From Octopus sinensis (lineage: Eukaryota): 64,000 nucleotides of DNA. The translations under genes and the position numbers were made by a program. The notes below the pieces were generated by a model. The model made no database searches. It worked only from the letters and a program-made list of their open reading frames with translations, and was not told where the DNA came from. Positions 51,575-63,870 of this stretch are shown one piece after another. Every line of letters begins with the position of its first letter. The first letter of the stretch is position 1. The DNA lies in NCBI RefSeq assembly GCF_006345805.1, contig NC_043012.1, positions 57,598,001 through 57,662,000 of the forward strand, given 5' to 3'.

Positions 51575-52285
51575 GTTTCAAATTCTGGCACAAGGCCAGC
51601 AATTTCAGGACGGTGGGTAAGTCGGTTACATAGACCCCAGCAGTTCTAAACTGACACTTATTTTATCGACTCCGATGAAAGGATGAACGGTAAAGTCAGT
51701 ATCGGCGGAATTTGAACTCAGAACACGAAGACGGATGGAATGCTGCTTATCGTTTTGCCTGTTATGCTATCAATACTGCCAGTTCATCGCCATCGATCTT
51801 ACCTTAATATTAGACGGCGCCTTCGATCTTACCTGAATATTAGGCGGCACCATCGATCTTACATTAATATTAAGGCAGCGAGCTGGCATAAACGTTAAGC
51901 ACGCCGGGCGAAATGCTTAGCGGTATTTCGTCTGGCGTTACGTTCTGAGTTCAAATTCCGCCGAGGTCGACTTTGCCTTTTAATCCTTTCGGGGTCGATA
52001 AATTAAGTACCAGTTACGCACTAGGGTCAATATAATCGACTTAATCCGTTTGTCTGTTCCTGTTTGTCTTCTTTGTGTTTAGCCCCTTGTGGGTTGTAAA
52101 GAAATAGGTATTTCGTCTGCCGCTACGTTCTGAATTCAAATTCCGCCGAGGTCGACTTTGCCTTTCATCTTTTCGGAGTCGATTAAATAAGTACCATTTA
52201 CGCACTGGGGTCGATTTAATCGACTTAATCCCTTTGTTTGTTCTCTCTATGTTTAGCCCCCTGTGGGCAATAAATAAATAAATTA
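51575..52285. mobile_element. divergent SINE A pair: minus copy (51575-51791) and plus tandem dimer (51874-52107 + 52108-52285)
   Basis: The second plus unit is 5'-truncated at GGTATTTCGTCTG. A 30-bp x3 repeat (51791-51880) lies between the heads. Confidence 0.88.
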
Positions 52286-52299
52286 ATATTGGGCTCAAA

Positions 52300-53960
52300 T
52301 TGGGTTCAAAGTTTTGATAAACAACAATGAAAACTATGGAGATAAAAATATATGAAGGAATTTACAAATGGGCAAGTCATCGAGAAATTTTGAAATTTTT
52401 CGGTATTAATAATCGAACAGCGAATAGCATTGTGAAGATTTCGGTTAAAGAAGAACATTTCCAAGTAAAAAAGACATCTGGGGGCCCGCAGAAGGTTTTT
52501 AAGGGAGTAGAGAGAGGAGTTTAGCGGGAAGTTATGAAATATCGAAATATTATTATTTCTAAGTCTCTCTAAATCTCCTTTAGAGAGACTTAGAAATAAT
52601 AATATTTCGATTACTGGATATTATGGCCTCTTGGAGCTAATCAACGGCAGCTTTCGTCCTATATTTATGGATTGCCATATTAGGTTGGCGATAACTGTTA
52701 ATATTATGAAATATCAATATACAGTTGTTAGAAAGATTGCAGATTCTTTTGATATTTGAGCGTGTTGCATGAGAATAATATCAAAAGACCTTGAATATCA
52801 ATGAAGTGTTGCAAGGAAGAAGTCGATGATTTAAAAAGCTTAATAAGACCAACGGTTCAACTGGACTGAAGATTCCTGTAACAAGGAAGACGAATTTTGG
52901 TCACAGTTGATATGGTTCAATGAAAGCAAATTCTTCCATATTTTCCAATTCAAGGCAGTTGAACAAAACGGAAGCATGGGATCCGAATTCTTTGCAACGA
53001 ACAATAAAACATGGAAGAGTTGGAGTTATGGTATAGGGGAGCAGTTTATACGATACACAGATAGGAATTAATGGTTGTTGAGAGGCCCAAAATATTGTCA
53101 AGACAAATACTTGAAAAGGGTTTATTTGCTATCTATTCTAATGTACAAATTGACAAGACTTTTTTTCAAGAAGAATTAGTGCCTCCTGCCTTACATGCTT
53201 AGAAAATAACTCACGGAATCGAATCATCGAAATGGGCTGCTCAAACCAATTTTTGTTCAAAATCACTTAAATGGCCCCAAATACTGTCAGGTCAAATACT
53301 TGAAAAGGGTTTATTACTTATGTAGTCTTATGTTGAAATTAACAAGAAAACCTTTTTTGAAGCAGAATAGAGCCTTTCGCAACAATAAACAAAGAAAATG
53401 AGTCGTGGAATCGAATCACTGAAATGGGATGCTCAAACTAATTTTTGTTGAAAATCATTTAAATGACGCAACCCCAAATCCTGTCAAGTCAAATACTTGA
53501 AAAAGGTTTATTACATATCTATTCTAATGTAGAAATTAACAGGAAGGCCAGCTTTTTTTTTCTTTCTCAAGAAGATGGAGCTCCCTGTCATACAAGCTTA
53601 GGAAATAACTCTGAATTGAATCACTGAATTGGGTTGTTCAAAACCTCGATCTTAATACAATAGAACACATATAGGAACATCTTGATAGCAGATTGCGAGC
53701 AAGATAGTCGAAAATAACATCAATTACAGAGCTGAAAGAAGCATTGACAGAAGAGTGGATAAACATGGATCAGTCTGTCATACATAATTTAATCAAATCC
53801 ATGCCTAATCGGGTAAAAGCCAAGATATTAGCTAAAAGAGGGGCCTACAAAATAATGAGAGAATCTTCATTTACTTTGGATAATTTTTTATGAAGTTATT
53901 ACAAGTTAAATTAACGTTGTGTTTTATAACTTTGGCTATGAAGTTAATGTAGACCCACCG
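52300..53960 (+). pseudogene. decayed Tc1-like transposase with internal triplication and hairpin
   Basis: FWSQLIWFNESKF, TIKHGRVGVMV, QEDGAPCHT, DLNTIEH and SMPNRVKA..AKRGPTK* are Tc1 catalytic-domain and C-terminal motifs. Confidence 0.8.
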
Positions 53961-54114
53961 TATGCTATTTAAATCAGCTTCTCGAAAAGGAACAGCATGT
54001 CAGTAATAAATGGAATTAAGGATCACAGCTAAAGGTAATGTGATTATCGCACGCATGTTTCCTTCTGTGATCGCATGCGCAAATACACACACATCATTAT
54101 CCATCCAGCCATCC

Positions 54115-54325
<211 letters not shown>

Positions 54326-54388
54326 TCCTTCTCTATATGCATATATATGCGTACATACACACACGTATGCATAAAACGAGTGCGTTTG

Positions 54389-54465
<77 letters not shown>

Positions 54466-54840
54466 CGTGTGTGTGTATGTGCGTGTGTATTTATACTATT
54501 ACGTATCTAGAATGTGTATGCGCATTACGTCATGTATGCAGAAATCCGCAGATATGGGGGGCAAAGGATGTAGTTGATTTAATTGACCTCCGGAACGACA
54601 CAAGGCGAAATCAATATCACCAGGATTTGAGCTTTGAACAAATGGCAGCATAATTAAATAATTATTTTATGCAAATAAAATAGTGCAGTTAAATGAGTAA
54701 AAAACACACTACAGTATCAATTCTCAGTAGATACTGTCGGTAATGCATTCACACAGCAAAAAGTAGATACGTGGATCTAATCCTGTCAGTGTGTCTTTGC
54801 CTTTTATTTTATTGAAGATTTGTTATGATGTCTAATTATC

Positions 54841-55061
54841 GCTTTCAAATTTCGGCACATGGCCAGCAGTTACAGGTGAGAGGGTCAGTCGATTACAACA
54901 AGCCCAGTGCTCAGCTGGTACTTATTTTATCGACCCCGAAAGAGAAGAAAGGCAAAGTCGACCTCAGCGGAATTTGAACTCAGAACGTAATGACAGACGA
55001 AATGCTACAAAGCATTTCGTCCGACGTATTGACGATTCTGCCAGCTCACTGCCTTATAATT
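54841..55061 (-). mobile_element. SINE A with probable 12-bp TSD
   Basis: TGTCTAATTATC at 54829-54840 and 55062-55073. Confidence 0.85.
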
Positions 55062-55089
55062 TGTCTAATTATCAATTACATTAATAGCC

Positions 55090-56062
55090 CTAATAATTCA
55101 TTAATATTTCCGTTTTTTGGCAGTAAATTGTAACGACACATTTGTAACTTCATATGTTCAAACCTGAAATGGAATCCACCATTTTTAAAAGAGCTTCATC
55201 TATCATTCATATGTAAGCAGTGGAAGCGGGCACATCATAAGCTTCACCCCCTCCCTTAAAATGGTTGAACTGAAAGTGCATATTCGACACGTGATGCTGT
55301 GGGAGTTTAAGAATGATAAAAAAATGCCATCCCCCCCCCCAAAAAAAAAACAAACGACAGAAAACGCCACAGAAACAGATAAGAGAATGTACAGTATATA
55401 TATGTTTCTTTATTACCCACGAGGGGCTAAGTATAGAGGGGACAAACAAGGACAGACAAACGGATTAAGTCGATTACATCTACCCCAGTGCGTAACTGGT
55501 ACTTAATTTATCGACCCCGAAAGGATGAAAGGCAAAGTCGAGAAGAGAATGTACAGTATATATAGCCGAAGTGACGTTACTGACTGGTAAATGCGAGATT
55601 GGTTTTCGAAATTTTGTTTCGGAGATTTGTCTATGAGAGATCAACCCAGATCTGAACGATCATCAGACTTCGATGATGTTTGAAGAGAATTAGTGGAATG
55701 CAATCCTCGTAAAAGTACTTGGGAATTAGCAATTGACCTCAACACATCCCATTCCATCATTTGCCGCCACTTGGAAAAGATAAGAAAAGTTAATAAGCTT
55801 TCTGTTTTTCTCGCTGACTGCAAAATAATGGGGAAACATTTTTTTCTCAAAAAGATCAAGTGAAAACGTATGTGGAAAAGCTTCTTCGTGTCGAAGACAA
55901 CTGAATTTTTACTCGAGAGGAATCAAAACGCTACTTGATAAACGGCAATAGGTCATTCAAAATAATGGCAATTATGCTAATAATTGAGAATAATTCTCTG
56001 TAAAATGTTTTCATGAGTAACGGTGTTAAACAAAATCGGAAATTATTTATGACTCAACTCAG
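55090..56062 (+). mobile_element. internally deleted mariner remnant
   Basis: MVELKVHIRHVMLWEFKN start, WFSKF...D.PRS.R region and a C-terminal fragment. Right TIR-like AAATCGGAAATTATTTATGACTCAACTCAG|TA. Confidence 0.75.
55403..55542 (-). mobile_element. 5'-truncated SINE A with 22-bp TSD inside the mariner
   Basis: AAGAGAATGTACAGTATATATA at 55381-55402 and 55543-55564. Confidence 0.93.
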
Positions 56063-57068
56063 TATCTAGTTTTGTTGTGATTTTATTTGTAGCAACTATG
56101 AAATTTGTTGTTACCGTTGTTGCTTTTGCTTTTGGTGTCTTTGGGAGAAGAAAGCTTTCGAATGGCCCCTGTTTGGCTACATTTGAAACCTTTCTGTTTC
56201 CTACCTGCCACCACACCCCACTCCTGTTTTTTCCTCATGATCAGTGTCATTTTTTTTTTACCTATGGACCCCTTTGTTTTCTTTGGACCCTCACAGCCAT
56301 TCGATATTTAAAAGAATCCATTTGGGTTTTTATAATTAAATATTATTCATAATTTTTTAAAAACATTATTAAAGTATTTTGTGTATTCTAAAAGCAGAGC
56401 AAGTTTATTGCGCATAAATTTTTACAACCAAATTTTAAATGGCTTCCCGAATGTCATACAGACTCCGGTGGAGGTCAACTGCTCATAATCTATATAAAAT
56501 AAAATATAATTACTAGAGGGGGCCTAACATCGCTGGCAATTGTGCTCTAAGCCGTGTTTAAGCTAAACATACATATTACCGTTAATTGCAATATATTTTG
56601 TTTGCTAAGTTCGCCGCCATCAATTCACCGTGAAGTAAGTTCACCGAGAAAATACATCCATAATATCTCACCATTAATAGCACAGTACAACAAATTTCAG
56701 GGTCAGGAAAAGAACATAGTTCTCATGTACATTCTTTTATGAAGTTGATTGTGCTAAATTCGAGTTTTATAACAAAAATTTGCCATCACGTCGCATTTTC
56801 TTGTAAATTATCGACTTTAATAACTATGTAGTTTATATCAATTTCCATGACACCATTAATTTATTTTGCTCCCAAAGTCAGATTAAATATCTCCATTGTA
56901 ATTAATTCTTAAATATAGAATGAATCAGCATGTTCGGTAGCATTATATAATGTATTAACCGACATTTTAGTATTTACTTCTTCGTTCATAAGACGCCTCG
57001 AGTGTGTGAGGCTTCAGGTTCCAGCAGAAGTCAGCTAGCATAACTAGGCTTCATTTTCCCTTATACCT

Positions 57069-57300
57069 ATTTCTTTACTACCCATAAGGGGCTAAACACA
57101 GAGAGGGCAAACAATGACAGACATACGAATTAAGTCGATTATATCGACCCCAGTGCGTAACTGTACTTATTTAATCGACCCCGAAAGGATGAAAGCAAAG
57201 TCGACCTCGGCGGAATTTGAACTCAGAACGTAACGGCAGACGAAATACCACAAAGCATTTCGCCCGGCGTGCTAACGTTTCTGCCAGCTCACCGCCTTCT
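57069..57300 (-). mobile_element. full-length SINE A with 16-bp TSD inside transposase
   Basis: ATTTTCCCTTATACCT at 57053-57068 and 57301-57316. Confidence 0.95.
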
Positions 57301-58261
57301 ATTTTCCCTTATACCTGTTTTCTATTGACGCTATATCTTGATGGAACCTCTCTCCATATTCATCACGCACATCTCTTGCATTCTCTGAGAGGATGGAGAG
57401 ATGAGAATAAAAAAGTGTATCTTCAGTGACATACTGCATCCGAGATCTTGGTCACACTTGATTAGTCTCTCCGGTATATACTCTCTCATTGGGCCGCTTG
57501 GTGTTTTCCTAAAAGTCCTTTGCACATATCTTTGAATGCATGCCAGGTCGCTAGTTCAGTTTCATTCATTCTCGCCTCGAAGTCCTCATCAGCTTTAAGT
57601 TGACGAATCTGAGGGCCTACGAATATGCCTTCTTTAATCTTGGCATCACTTATTTTAGGGAAGATCGCCTTAGGTACTGGAAACATGGCTTGTTATGTTG
57701 TAGTGCTTTGGTAAATTGCTTCATTAGGCCTAGTTTTATATGCAGTAGTAGCAAAATTATTTTCTCGTTCTTAACTAGTGGCTCGTGGTTTATATTATGG
57801 CATCTCGGCGTCATAGTTTCGCGAGGTGGCCATTCTGAGTATACATAATGTTCTGATCTGGCCCTACTGTTCCACCTGTAAAGGAAGCACATAACCTTGG
57901 TGTATCCCGTTTGTAGCCCATTAAGTAGGGCTCCCATTTTCAAGTCCGCACAAATTAGCCTCTCTTACTCCTTGTAACGTATGCGGTCTAGAAATAAGCG
58001 AGGTTCTCATATATCTCTCTTAAAATGATTGAGTGAGCAATTGGAATTGAAGGCATGGTGTTCCCAATGTGCTTTTATACTGTAAAGGGATGCATCTATG
58101 AATAACCTCCGCTCATTTAGTTCATAGATCAGCTCAAGGGCATTGAATAGGTCTCTGATACCATTACAATAAGTCAAGTTGTTTTCCAAAGCGAAGAATT
58201 ATTGTAGATCTGTAGAACGCTTCCAAAATACTGTAATTCGAGCCTCTTTATCCAACAGGTT

Positions 58262-58645
58262 TGTGGAGGCGCAATGGCCCAGTGGTTAGGGCAGCGGACT
58301 CGCGGTCGTAGGATCGCGGTTTCGATTCCCAGACCGGGCGTTGTGAGTGTTTATTGAGCGAAAACACCTAAAGCTCCACGAGGCTCCGGCAGGGGATGGT
58401 GGTGATCCCTGCTGTACTCTTTCACCACAACTTTCTCTCACTCTTACTTCCTGTTTCTGTTGTACCTGTATTTCAAAGGGCAGGCCTTGTCACTCTCTGT
58501 GTCACGCTGAATATCCCCGAGAACTACGTTAAGGGTACACGTGTCTGTGGAGTGCTCAGCCACTTACACGTTAATTTCACGAGCAGGCTGTTCCGTTGAT
58601 CGGATCAACCGGAACCCTCGTCGTCGTAACTGACAGAGTGCTTCC
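58262..58645 (+). mobile_element. full-length SINE D with 12-bp TSD inside transposase
   Basis: ATCCAACAGGTT at 58250-58261 and 58646-58657. Confidence 0.95.
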
Positions 58646-59379
58646 ATCCAACAGGTTCCATTGTTGCAGATGTGAGACCAGTTCTCCTACTCTGTTGCTT
58701 AGTTAGTGTTAGATCATGAACTGGGTCATTGAGTTCAGGTTGGGTGATGACCTGTGGTTCCTTGTCAGATTCACCACGTGTTCGGACCCAATATAACTAT
58801 AAAAATATTGAGTGTACTTTTACAATTTTCATAGGTTACGTTGACAAATACCTTAGGAAAACCACGTTCATAACTTTTAGAGTTGTAAGTTTCGTCCCAA
58901 TCCTGTTTGCACTCAATTCTTACGGAACCAGAAGTGTATTTAACGTAAGTAAAATGGTAATTTACGACAAACTAGGGAGTGACAGAAGGAAACGGATGTT
59001 ATATTTTTGATCTACACACAAAAACCCTATAGAAAAAATTATTCTCATTTCCGCTTTTTTCCCATTGTTATACTACTGGGAGAAAAAGGAAAAAAAGAAA
59101 GAAAAGAAAACGGTTAATTGATGACAGTGAACTTATTGGACATATATTTTGTATTCTACCGACTTCAGTCATTCAACTACTGCCATTCTGAGTTACTGTC
59201 TTGGAGGGTTTCGTCCAACAAATCGATTCCAATACTTATTACTTTTTTCTAAGCTTTTCTATCTCCAAGTTATGGGGGTACGTAAACGAAGTAGAATTGG
59301 TTGTAGAGCGGTAGTGGGGACATAAACAAACACACACACAAACACGCGCAGGCATACACACAACACACACACACACCAC

Positions 59380-59426
<47 letters not shown>

Positions 59427-59436
59427 ATATATATAA

Positions 59437-59661
59437 TTCTTTTACTTGTTTCAGTCATTTGACTGCGGCCATGCTGGAGCATCGCCTTTAGTCGAGCAAA
59501 TCGACCCCAGGACTTATTCTTTGTACGCATAGTACTTATTCTATCAGTCTCTTTTGCCCGACCGCTAAGTTACGGGGACGTAAACACACCAACACCGGTT
59601 GTCAAGCGATTGGTGGGGGAACAGACATATACACACACATACACACACTCACACTCACACA

Positions 59662-59695
<34 letters not shown>

Positions 59696-59870
59696 TATAT
59701 ATATATATGGCGGGCTTCTTTCAGTTTCCGTCTACCAAATCCACTCACAAGGCTTTGGTCGGTCCGAGGCTGTAGTAGAAGACACTTGCCCAAGGTGCCA
59801 CGCAGTGGGACTGAACCCGGAACCATGTGGTTGGTAATCAAGCTATTTCTTACCACACAGCCACTCCTGC
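59437..59870 (-). mobile_element. full-length SINE B
   Basis: Family B motifs with internal (CA)/(CT)/(TA) tract. Confidence 0.92.
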
Positions 59871-59889
59871 ATATATATATATATATATA

Positions 59890-61083
59890 GGGTCATCCCA
59901 TGAATAATACGGTCTTTTCAGTTGCATGAACTAAAAGTCGGAGGAGGACGAGACAAACTATTTGCATTAACTTGCTATAAAAGCAAATAATAATTTTACC
60001 TTGTCCTTATTCTCAGTGCAAGTTTTGAAGAGTGCAGTTCGATTTTAACAGTTATATTTTCAAAGCTTTAATGCAAACGACAAAGGAGCATATTCCGTAT
60101 ATATTACTTTATGATTTCCATAATGGCAACAACGCAACGGTTATGGTGTTCAGACAATATGCGCAAGCCAGTGTCAACGGTGATTCCAGAAATTTCGAGC
60201 TGGAAACTATAGTCTAGAAGACGAGCCTCACCCTGGAAGATCTGTAGGGCTTGACGAGAACGTCCAGCAAACCCTGGTGAAAGAAAGATCCTATTTTACC
60301 TATTGAGGAACTAGCAGAGAAGCTTGGAATTGGTCATTCAACCATTCATCGACACTCGCGTGCCATCAAAAAAGTCAGCAAATTCGGTCAATGGGTTCTT
60401 CACAAACTTTCCGAGTCTAATCGCGCTCAGAGAGTGGATGTGTGCTCTTCTTTGCTGTCACGTCTCACGAATGAACCTTTTTTGGACCGAATAGTGACTG
60501 GTGACGACAAAATGGGTTCTCTATAAAAACTGTCAAGCGCGGACGACAGTGGGTAAGGAAAAGAAAAACACCGACACCCTAGGTTAAAGAAGTTCTTCAC
60601 CCACGTAAGGTGTTGTTATCTGTTTGGTGGGATATGAAAGGTTTAGTCCACTTTGAACATTTAAACACAAACCAAACGATAACAGAGGAGAAATACTCCG
60701 AGTAGCTTGACCGGCTTAAGTCAACGCTACAAGAAAAACGATCATCTTTGATTTCAAGACGAAAGGTGTTCTTCCATAAGAATGATGTCAGACCACATAC
60801 AACAAGGATGGCATTCCAAAGGCTGGAGTAGTTTGAATGGGAAACGATGCCCCACCCACCATATACGCCGGACATTACCTCATTTGATTATCATTTATTC
60901 CGCAGTCATCAAAATCATTTGGACGGAAAACCTGAATTCTGTAGACCAGGTCAGAACAGTATTGGAAGAGTATTTTTCTTCACGGACAAGTGAATTTTGG
61001 AAGAGGTGCCTTGCAAATCTGCCGAATAGACGAAACTTTGTTTTAATTTTGAAAAATAAAAGAAGCATAAAAAACCGCATTAT
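59890..61083 (+). pseudogene. near full-length decayed mariner (DD34D type)
   Basis: Left TIR TA|GGGTCATCCCATGAATAATACGGTC. MQTTKEHI.., WFQKFRAGN, IVTGDDKW, SVWWD, HKNDVRPH, HPPYTPDITSFDYHLF. The right TIR is eroded into (TA)n after AAAAACCGCATTAT. Confidence 0.9.
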
Positions 61084-61110
61084 ATATATATATATATATT
61101 ATATATATAT

Positions 61111-61143
<33 letters not shown>

Positions 61144-61159
61144 GTATGTATATATATAT

Positions 61160-62603
61160 ACATTCTTTTATTTGTTTCAGTCATTGACTGCGGCCATGCT
61201 GGAGCACCGCCTTTAGTCGAACAAATCAACCCCAGCACTTATTCTTTGTAAGCCTACTATTTATTCTGTCGGTCTCATTTGCCGAACCGCCAAAGTCAGG
61301 GAAGTAAACACACCAACATCGGTTGTCAAGCGATGGTGGGGGGACAAACAGACATACAAACTCACACACACACACACATATACAGGGGTTGGACGAAATA
61401 ATGGAATAGCATCATGGCATCATAATTTTGTAATATCTATAAAACCGTCAAAAGCTTGTTTATTTTTATGTTTTTTGATTTATTATTAGTGTTGCATAAT
61501 ATGTTTTGCTAAAATTGCTGTTTCTTTTCGGTTAACATCAGAAAAAGGTAATTAAAATTCATTAAAATGACAGATTTATCAGACTTTCAAAAAGGTCAAA
61601 TGCTGGTGCTCGTATGGCAGGCACTAGCATAACGAAAACAGCCGAAATGTTGGGTGTATCAAGAAGTACTGTCTCGAAAGTAATGGCAGCCTTTGAGAAA
61701 GAGGGGAAAACCTCCTCGTCGAAACAAAACTCTGGAAGAAAATCAAAACTTTCAGATAAGGACTGTCATACTCTTACGCGAAAAGGATCACAAAAGTACA
61801 GCTCCCAAAATTACTGCAGAGCTTAACGACCGCCTCGAGAACCCAGTTTCCACAAAAACTGTTTTTCGGGAGCTGCACAAAGCCGGATTTCACGAGAAGC
61901 TTGCAATCAGAAAACCACTACTTTCAAAAACAAACGTTGCAAAGCGTTTAGAGTGGAGTAAAAACCTACAGAACTGATCCCTAGAGCAGTGAAAGAATGT
62001 TATTTTCTGGACGAGTCATCTTTTACCTTATTTCCGACCACCGGCCGAGTATACGTATGGAGATAGCCTAATGAAGCATTTGACCAAGACTGCCTTCTTC
62101 CAACTATAAAACATGGAGGAGGATCTGTAATGTTCTGGGGTGGGGGAGGTTATATCTTGGAAATCTGCCAGCCCAATGGTTTCCCTTCATGACAGAATTA
62201 ATAATCAAGTCTATTTAAGCATTTTATCTCATCAGATTCATCCTGTGGTTGCGGAACTATTTCCGGACGGAAACGCAATATTTCAGGATGATAATGCACC
62301 AATTCACACAGCTTAAGTTTTTCCTGAATGGCACGAGGAACATTCTAGTGATGTTGAACATCTTATCCGGCTACCACAGTCCAACATACACACACACACA
62401 AACACACACATATATATATATATATATCTATATTTATATATAAATTAATACTACGGGCTTCTTTCAGTTTCCGTCTACCATATCCTCTCACAAAGCTTTG
62501 GTCGGGCCGAGGCTATAGTAGAAGACACATGCCTAAGATGCCACGCAGTGGGACTGAACCCGGTACTATGTGGATGGGAAGCAAACTTCTCACGCCTACG
62601 CCT
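61160..62603 (-). mobile_element. SINE B split by a Tc1 insertion (tail 61160-61380, head 62452-62603)
   Basis: Tail half and head half are in the same orientation either side of the Tc1, joined through the family's internal (CA/TA) tract. Confidence 0.75.
61383..62382 (+). pseudogene. 3'-truncated Tc1-like transposon, predicted DD36E spacing
   Basis: TA|CAGGGGTTGGAC left end; ATG at 61567 (MTDLSDFQKGQ..GARMAGTSITKTAEMLGVSRSTVSKV); DESSF, KHGGGSVMFWG, FQDDNAPIHT; truncated at LPQS. Confidence 0.88.
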
Positions 62604-62740
62604 ATATATATATATATATATGTATATATGTGTGTGTGTGCGTGCGTGTGTATGGTGTCTGTGTGTGTGTGTTTACGTACATATATCTATATATGTGTGT
62701 GCGTGTATGTATATCTATCTATCTATCTATCTCTCTCCCG

Positions 62741-62811
<71 letters not shown>

Positions 62812-63379
62812 TATATATATGTTATTTTATTTTATTTTATTTTATTTTATTTTACTTTTTCATTCTGCTCCGATGAAGAGAAGTGTGTGACCATTTCATT
62901 GTAAGACTCTAATCCCTCTACCGCTTCCGCAGTCCTTTATAAATATAGTGTTTGCTCTATCAACAATCAACAAATAAAGTTCAAATTTCTCTCCCAGTCC
63001 GCTAGAACTAAGTGGGGAAACTTCACAGAAAAAAAAGAGTAAGAAAAAAAAAGCCATCTCTAATTTCTAAATGTGTTAAAACTTCAGCGCAGTAATGAAA
63101 AGCCACTTTTAACCCCTCGTTGTGAGATATTCAACCGAAATTTAAGAATTATATTTCGGTACTTGTAATTTAAATCAACAGTAACAGTTATTAATACTGA
63201 TGATTTAATTATTATGAGACAGGATTAGTATAAATACACGACATCAAGGTAACAGCGATAGGCGAACAACTTGTACGGTTGTTATGAGTGACTACACACA
63301 CACACACACACACACACATACGTATATACATACATAAAATCAAAGAAATATACAGGAAAAACAACAGAAGTGAATTAGA

Positions 63380-63403
63380 CGTAGATACTGTATAATAGTA
63401 TAT

Positions 63404-63447
<44 letters not shown>

Positions 63448-63456
63448 GTGTGTGTG

Positions 63457-63501
<45 letters not shown>

Positions 63502-63870
63502 GTACATATATATATTTATATGCTATTATTTATAGCTTTATCTACTTCGAGTTGCACTGTCTCCCAAAGTTACTAAAGTCCTTATGATGTAAGTAATACA
63601 TGTATAAATACATATGTGTGCGTGTGCGTGTATATATGTATATATATATGTATATGTGTATATATATATATGTGTATATATATGTATATGTATATGTATA
63701 TATATATATATTTGTTTCAGTCATCTGACTGCAGCCATGCTGGAGCGCCGCTTTTAGTCGAGCAATTCGACGCCAGGACTTATTCTTTGTATATATATGC
63801 ATGTGTATGTATACATACATATACATACACATGCATATATACATATATATGTTGATACACATAATGCATA
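63380..63870. repeat. (TA)/(TG) compound microsatellite with a SINE B tail fragment (-, about 63710-63790)
   Basis: Direct reading. Confidence 0.85.

Larger units (their letters stand above)
56967..58850 (-). pseudogene. Chapaev3-like DDE transposase pseudogene
   Basis: ELND..DL.LTKQQ, RLFIDAS (D at 58094-96), CADLKMGALLNGLQTGYTKVMCFLY (D at 57944-46), LHIKLGLMKQF, KIKEGIFVGPQIR, MSLKIHF..SHL, DEYGERFHQDI (E at 57350-52), MLADFCW. Stops, frameshifts and two SINE insertions. Confidence 0.85.
56681..59080 (-). mobile_element. Chapaev3-like (CMC, RAG1/Transib-related) DNA transposon, decayed
   Basis: Ends CACAGTACAACAA and revcomp CCCAGTAGTATAACAA (degenerate TIR); related subterminal motifs; transposase remnant inside; foldback-like host sequence on both sides. 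Confidence 0.7.

Noticed and set aside
62868-62885. CCGATGAAGAG second hammerhead-like start
   Set aside because: No stem II partner or GAAA follows.
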